NCBI RefSeq assembly: GCF_028689305.1
Contig: NZ_JAQTWM010000003.1
Coordinates: 22,085-86,084, forward strand
Direction of reading: 5' to 3'
Length of the DNA: 64,000 nt
Source: Rhodoferax sp.
GTDB taxonomy: Bacteria; Pseudomonadota; Gammaproteobacteria; Burkholderiales; Burkholderiaceae_C
Shown here: one piece after another, positions 60,680 to 64,000 of the stretch
How the letters are laid out: the number at the start of each line of letters is the position of its first letter
Numbering within the stretch: the first letter of the stretch is position 1
Notes under the pieces: generated by a model
Seen by the model: only the letters and a program-made list of their open reading frames with translations
The model's database searches: none
Told to the model about the DNA's origin: nothing
Program-made: the position numbers and the translations under genes

Positions 60680-61517
60680 CGGCAAAACCCCGGCGTGTTT
60701 TTTGGAACCAGAAAAAACCTCCCCAGGCGATCAGCGTGGCCACCAATGTGTATACCGCCAGGCCTAGCCAGCTCGGCAACTGTCCCAGAATAAGCACGGC
60801 ACGCGCTTGCTCAATGATGAAGGTAAGCGGGTTGGCCATGAGGTAAGCGCGAAAATCCTCCGGCACCGCGGTAATGGGGTAAAACACCGGCGACAAAAAC
60901 ATCAGCACGGTGGTGATAACTACAATGAATTGCCCCACATCGCGCAGAAACACCCCGAGCGAAGCTAGCACCCAGGCCAGCCCGGTCGCCAAAATGATTA
61001 GCGGCAGCAGCACCAGAGGCAAAAAAACCAGCGTCCAGTGCAAAAAGCCGTTAAAAATGGCAAACGCTACCAACAGCACAGCCAGACTGATCACGCTATG
61101 GAACAGCGACGAGCTCACCGCGATGATGGGCAGGATTTCAAGAGGAAACACCACTTTTTTGACATAGTTGACATTGCCCAGCACCAGATTGGGTGCGCGG
61201 TTGAGCACGTCACTGAACAGGCTCATGACGATCATGCCTACAAACAGCATCATGGCAAAGTGGGTTTTGCTGTTTTCAATACCTGGACCACCCCAGCGTG
61301 ATTTGAAGATGACCGAAAACACAAAGGTGTAGATCACCAGCATGAACACGGGGTTGAAAAACGACCAGGCCAAACCCATGGCCGAGCCTTTGTAACGACC
61401 AACCACGTCGCGCCGGGTCATTTGGCCGATGAGCTGGCGATTGTGCCAAAGACTATTGGCCAGTGTCAGCAACGATGTTCGCGGTGCGGCGTGCGGATTG
61501 ATGTGGGGTGCGCTCAA
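60669..61517 (-). CDS. wzm: Polysaccharide ABC exporter permease
   Basis: RYKGS.MG..WSF.NP, YVKKVVFP, SPVFYP, NPL, GFADVL. Confidence 0.94.
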   Translation of the reverse strand: MSAPHINPHAAPRTSLLTLANSLWHNRQLIGQMTRRDVVGRYKGSAMGLAWSFFNPVFMLVIYTFVFSVIFKSRWGGPGIENSKTHFAMMLFVGMIVMSLFSDVLNRAPNLVLGNVNYVKKVVFPLEILPIIAVSSSLFHSVISLAVLLVAFAIFNGFLHWTLVFLPLVLLPLIILATGLAWVLASLGVFLRDVGQFIVVITTVLMFLSPVFYPITAVPEDFRAYLMANPLTFIIEQARAVLILGQLPSWLGLAVYTLVATLIAWGGFFWFQKTRRGFADVL

Positions 61518-61555
61518 GACAAAGTTTGTAAATAGTGGGGATCAGCCGTTTGACT

Positions 61556-62671
61556 CTACGGGTGACGGGGAGAAGTAGTTCTTTGAAATTTGGCGTACCA
61601 CTGGGTAATGACCAACCTCGCATAGCCTGTACGGTAAAACTGTCTGCTGGTATTTTGGGCAAGTGCCATTGTATGCAATCGGGTATTTGACAGAAACTTT
61701 GCCCGCTCTTTTCGAAGAGAAGGTAACTGTTTTAGTGCATCGTTATACACAGCCAAAAGCACGTCGACCCTGCCGGCCATGATTTGCCGTATAACGTTTA
61801 ATAAGTTGGCCAAAACCAACCAGGGCAGATGCCGCATCAGCATCGACGTCGGTATTAACTTGTATTGCATCCAGATCAGATTTCGCAACCCATGATACGC
61901 AATGAAGTCGTTGCTCTTGGAACCACTGCTGGCCTGCCCTTCATGTAACGCTACCAACCGGTCAACATACGCAGGCCGGTAACCAAGCAGGTTGGCCCGC
62001 AGCACCAGATCGGTGTCTTCGCAGTAGCAAAAAAAGCGCGCGTCAAAACAATAGCCAGTGGTCGCTTTGACATCTTCTACAAACGCACGAGTCATCAGGC
62101 AACAGCCACCTGTGGGGCCAAGATAGGGGTCGGTAATATCTTTGCGGTCGGCAGGCATCAGGCTGGCATACAAGCTGATACCCAAAGTATCAACTTCCTG
62201 AGGGGCGTGAAGTTTGTGCATGCGCCCGCCAGACATGCCAATAGGGTTCGTGCCGCTGCTAAGTGACTCACGCAGTAGATGGATTAATTCTGGTTTGGCT
62301 ACGGCATCGTTGTTCAGCAACCCAATGAAATCACAGTTGGGGGTAGCGAGTAGTTGATCAATCAAAAAATTACTGCCAGCCGCAAAACCGAGGTTGAGGC
62401 TGCTGCGAAATAGGCAAATGTGGCTGTGAGCGGCGCTCTGTAAACCGCGTGCCAATGCGCCAAAATCATCTTCTGCCGACGCATTGTCAAGAATCAATAT
62501 AAAGGCTGGTGGCAGCGTACATTGGCTCAAAGACATAACGCAGCGCAATGTTTGGGCAGCGGTGTTGTAGTTGATAACCGTATATCCCACATCTTGGCTG
62601 TTGCCAAGAGGATGGCTTGCCGGTAATTGCAAAATGAGTTCCGGCAGCGGGGGGGCTGGCAAGTTCCGCAT
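61556..62671 (-). CDS. GT2-family glycosyltransferase
   Basis: INYN, DNAS, NLGFAAG.N, LLNND, FCYCEDTD. Confidence 0.9.
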   Translation of the reverse strand: MRNLPAPPLPELILQLPASHPLGNSQDVGYTVINYNTAAQTLRCVMSLSQCTLPPAFILILDNASAEDDFGALARGLQSAAHSHICLFRSSLNLGFAAGSNFLIDQLLATPNCDFIGLLNNDAVAKPELIHLLRESLSSGTNPIGMSGGRMHKLHAPQEVDTLGISLYASLMPADRKDITDPYLGPTGGCCLMTRAFVEDVKATTGYCFDARFFCYCEDTDLVLRANLLGYRPAYVDRLVALHEGQASSGSKSNDFIAYHGLRNLIWMQYKLIPTSMLMRHLPWLVLANLLNVIRQIMAGRVDVLLAVYNDALKQLPSLRKERAKFLSNTRLHTMALAQNTSRQFYRTGYARLVITQWYAKFQRTTSPRHP

Positions 62672-62685
62672 ACTGTCAAGTGCCT

Positions 62686-64000
62686 CTATTTGTTAACCGT
62701 TGCCCTGGCAGAAACCTCCCAACGCGCCAAACAAAGTAACGATGTCTCAACCATATAGCGTAGCACGCTAAACCATGAATAAAAGATGCGGGATTTGCCC
62801 ACTTGCCGGGTATTCATGCTGACAGGGACTTCCATGATGCGCAGGCCAGCTTTGCGTAGCAGCAAAAGAACGCCGACATCCTGGTAGTCCAGCAAGGTAG
62901 CTTCGCTGGCGGCCAGGATTTCCATGGCAGATTGGTTGTACCACCGAAAGCCGGAGGTCAGGTCGCGCAGCTCAAACCCGGCAATGACGCGAAACCATCG
63001 CCAGGCAATCTGTCGCAAACGGCTGGCGCGCTGTGGGTGGGCGCCGATGACCACATCGGCGCTGGCAGCGCCCGCGAGCAAGCGGGGTATTTCCTCGACC
63101 TCATGCTGTCCATCAGCGTCCATGGTGATCACAGACTCAAAGCCGTGAGCCCGCGCATAACGGATACCCAGCTGCATGCCACCCCAGGCGCCCAAAGGTA
63201 ACACCGGCCGTGTCACGGTTGCCCCGGCGCGGTGTGCGATGTCTCCGGTGCCGTCAGTGCTGTGGTCATCAATCACAAACACATGCCGCCAGCCAGCCTT
63301 GACCAAGGTGGTCACCACTTGACCAATGGTGGCCGCCTCATCTCGCGCCGGAATCACAATCAGGATGGATGGGTTGGCAGCGGTCGAGCGGGTGAGGGCG
63401 GGCGCAGCCGGTTCAATTTGACACATGCGGTATTGTGCCGCGATGGTTCGCGCGCAAGCTGAGATGGAAAACCGGGCCAATAGCGCTTGCTGGCCTTGGA
63501 TGCCCCACTGCTTCAGCTTCTGGGGTTGGCTGACCAATGACTCCAAAATCTGACGCCATGCGTTAGCGTCACCTCGAGGCAGATGGCTCAAGCCAGCACC
63601 ACTGCTTGAAACCACCCATGGCATGCCAGAGCCAGGCAAGTCACTGACGATGCAAGGCCTGGCATGGGCCATGGCTTCAAGCAAGACGACACCAAAAGCC
63701 TCGGTGCGCTCAATCGACGCCAGACAAAAGGCGTCGCAGCTGTTGAGCAACGCGTGTTTGTCGTTTTCGCTCACCTCGCCGAGTAGTTGTACCTGGGCGG
63801 GGGACCCATGGGGAGTGCTCTCGGCGGTCATGGCCTGTAACTGCGCCATGCTCTCGCCTTGGCCTGCAATGATGAGCTGCAAATGTGTTGAACCATTGAC
63901 CGCGCGGACCAGGGTTTCAAACCCCTTGTAATGTGCCAGTCGGCCAATCGACAAAAGTCGCAGGCGCCCGGGTTGCCACGGTGCCGGTGGGTTGGTTTGG
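62686..64000 (-). CDS. GT4-GT2 fusion glycosyltransferase, 5' end outside the window
   Basis: GRL..YKG and ERTEAFGVVLLEAM (GT4), then VIPARDE, DDHSTD, DADGQH, DLTSGFR (polyprenol-phosphate GT2). Confidence 0.85.
   Translation of the reverse strand, partial: QTNPPAPWQPGRLRLLSIGRLAHYKGFETLVRAVNGSTHLQLIIAGQGESMAQLQAMTAESTPHGSPAQVQLLGEVSENDKHALLNSCDAFCLASIERTEAFGVVLLEAMAHARPCIVSDLPGSGMPWVVSSSGAGLSHLPRGDANAWRQILESLVSQPQKLKQWGIQGQQALLARFSISACARTIAAQYRMCQIEPAAPALTRSTAANPSILIVIPARDEAATIGQVVTTLVKAGWRHVFVIDDHSTDGTGDIAHRAGATVTRPVLPLGAWGGMQLGIRYARAHGFESVITMDADGQHEVEEIPRLLAGAASADVVIGAHPQRASRLRQIAWRWFRVIAGFELRDLTSGFRWYNQSAMEILAASEATLLDYQDVGVLLLLRKAGLRIMEVPVSMNTRQVGKSRIFYSWFSVLRYMVETSLLCLARWEVSARATVNK

Noticed and set aside
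1-64000. tRNA, rRNA, prophage or intact transposase genes
   Set aside because: None recognised by eye; a tRNAscan/Rfam run would be needed to exclude small RNAs

Overview
GC-rich betaproteobacterial chromosome (Comamonadaceae, Rhodoferax-like by gene content) spanning the replication origin region. From left to right: a 5'-truncated copA, a diheme cytochrome c5 and minCDE; a probable oriC (about 4.88-5.22 kb); a complete System I ccmA-I operon; rquA, gstA and a PPi-type pfk; mnmG-rsmG-lysE-parA-hydrolase-parB with four parS sites. Next comes a cytochrome cluster (tetraheme, MtoD-like monoheme, nonaheme c/b-type CbcL/MtoC-like) with no porin-cytochrome conduit, and a large secreted orphan protein with a nucleotidyltransferase-like motif. 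The middle holds housekeeping and accessory genes (acetoacetate-CoA ligase, uup, MarR, M14 peptidase, EF-G paralogue, hemG, LysR, SRPBCC-ArsR, yceIJ). The right end is a surface-glycan locus with a low-GC core. The strongest candidate for a new system is there: tauE/cysD/cysNC (PAPS supply) with a 1610-aa sulfotransferase-coiled coil-RgpF-WbsX-GT2 protein and a Wzm/Wzt exporter carrying a C-terminal extension, which together suggest a sulfate-capped glycan whose length is set by a molecular ruler. Other leads are an M6 protease paired with a small AB5 B-subunit-like protein, a fixed-geometry dispersed repeat (7 copies, 2 translated inside genes) and a putative sRNA. All family calls come from motif recognition by eye; no searches were run.
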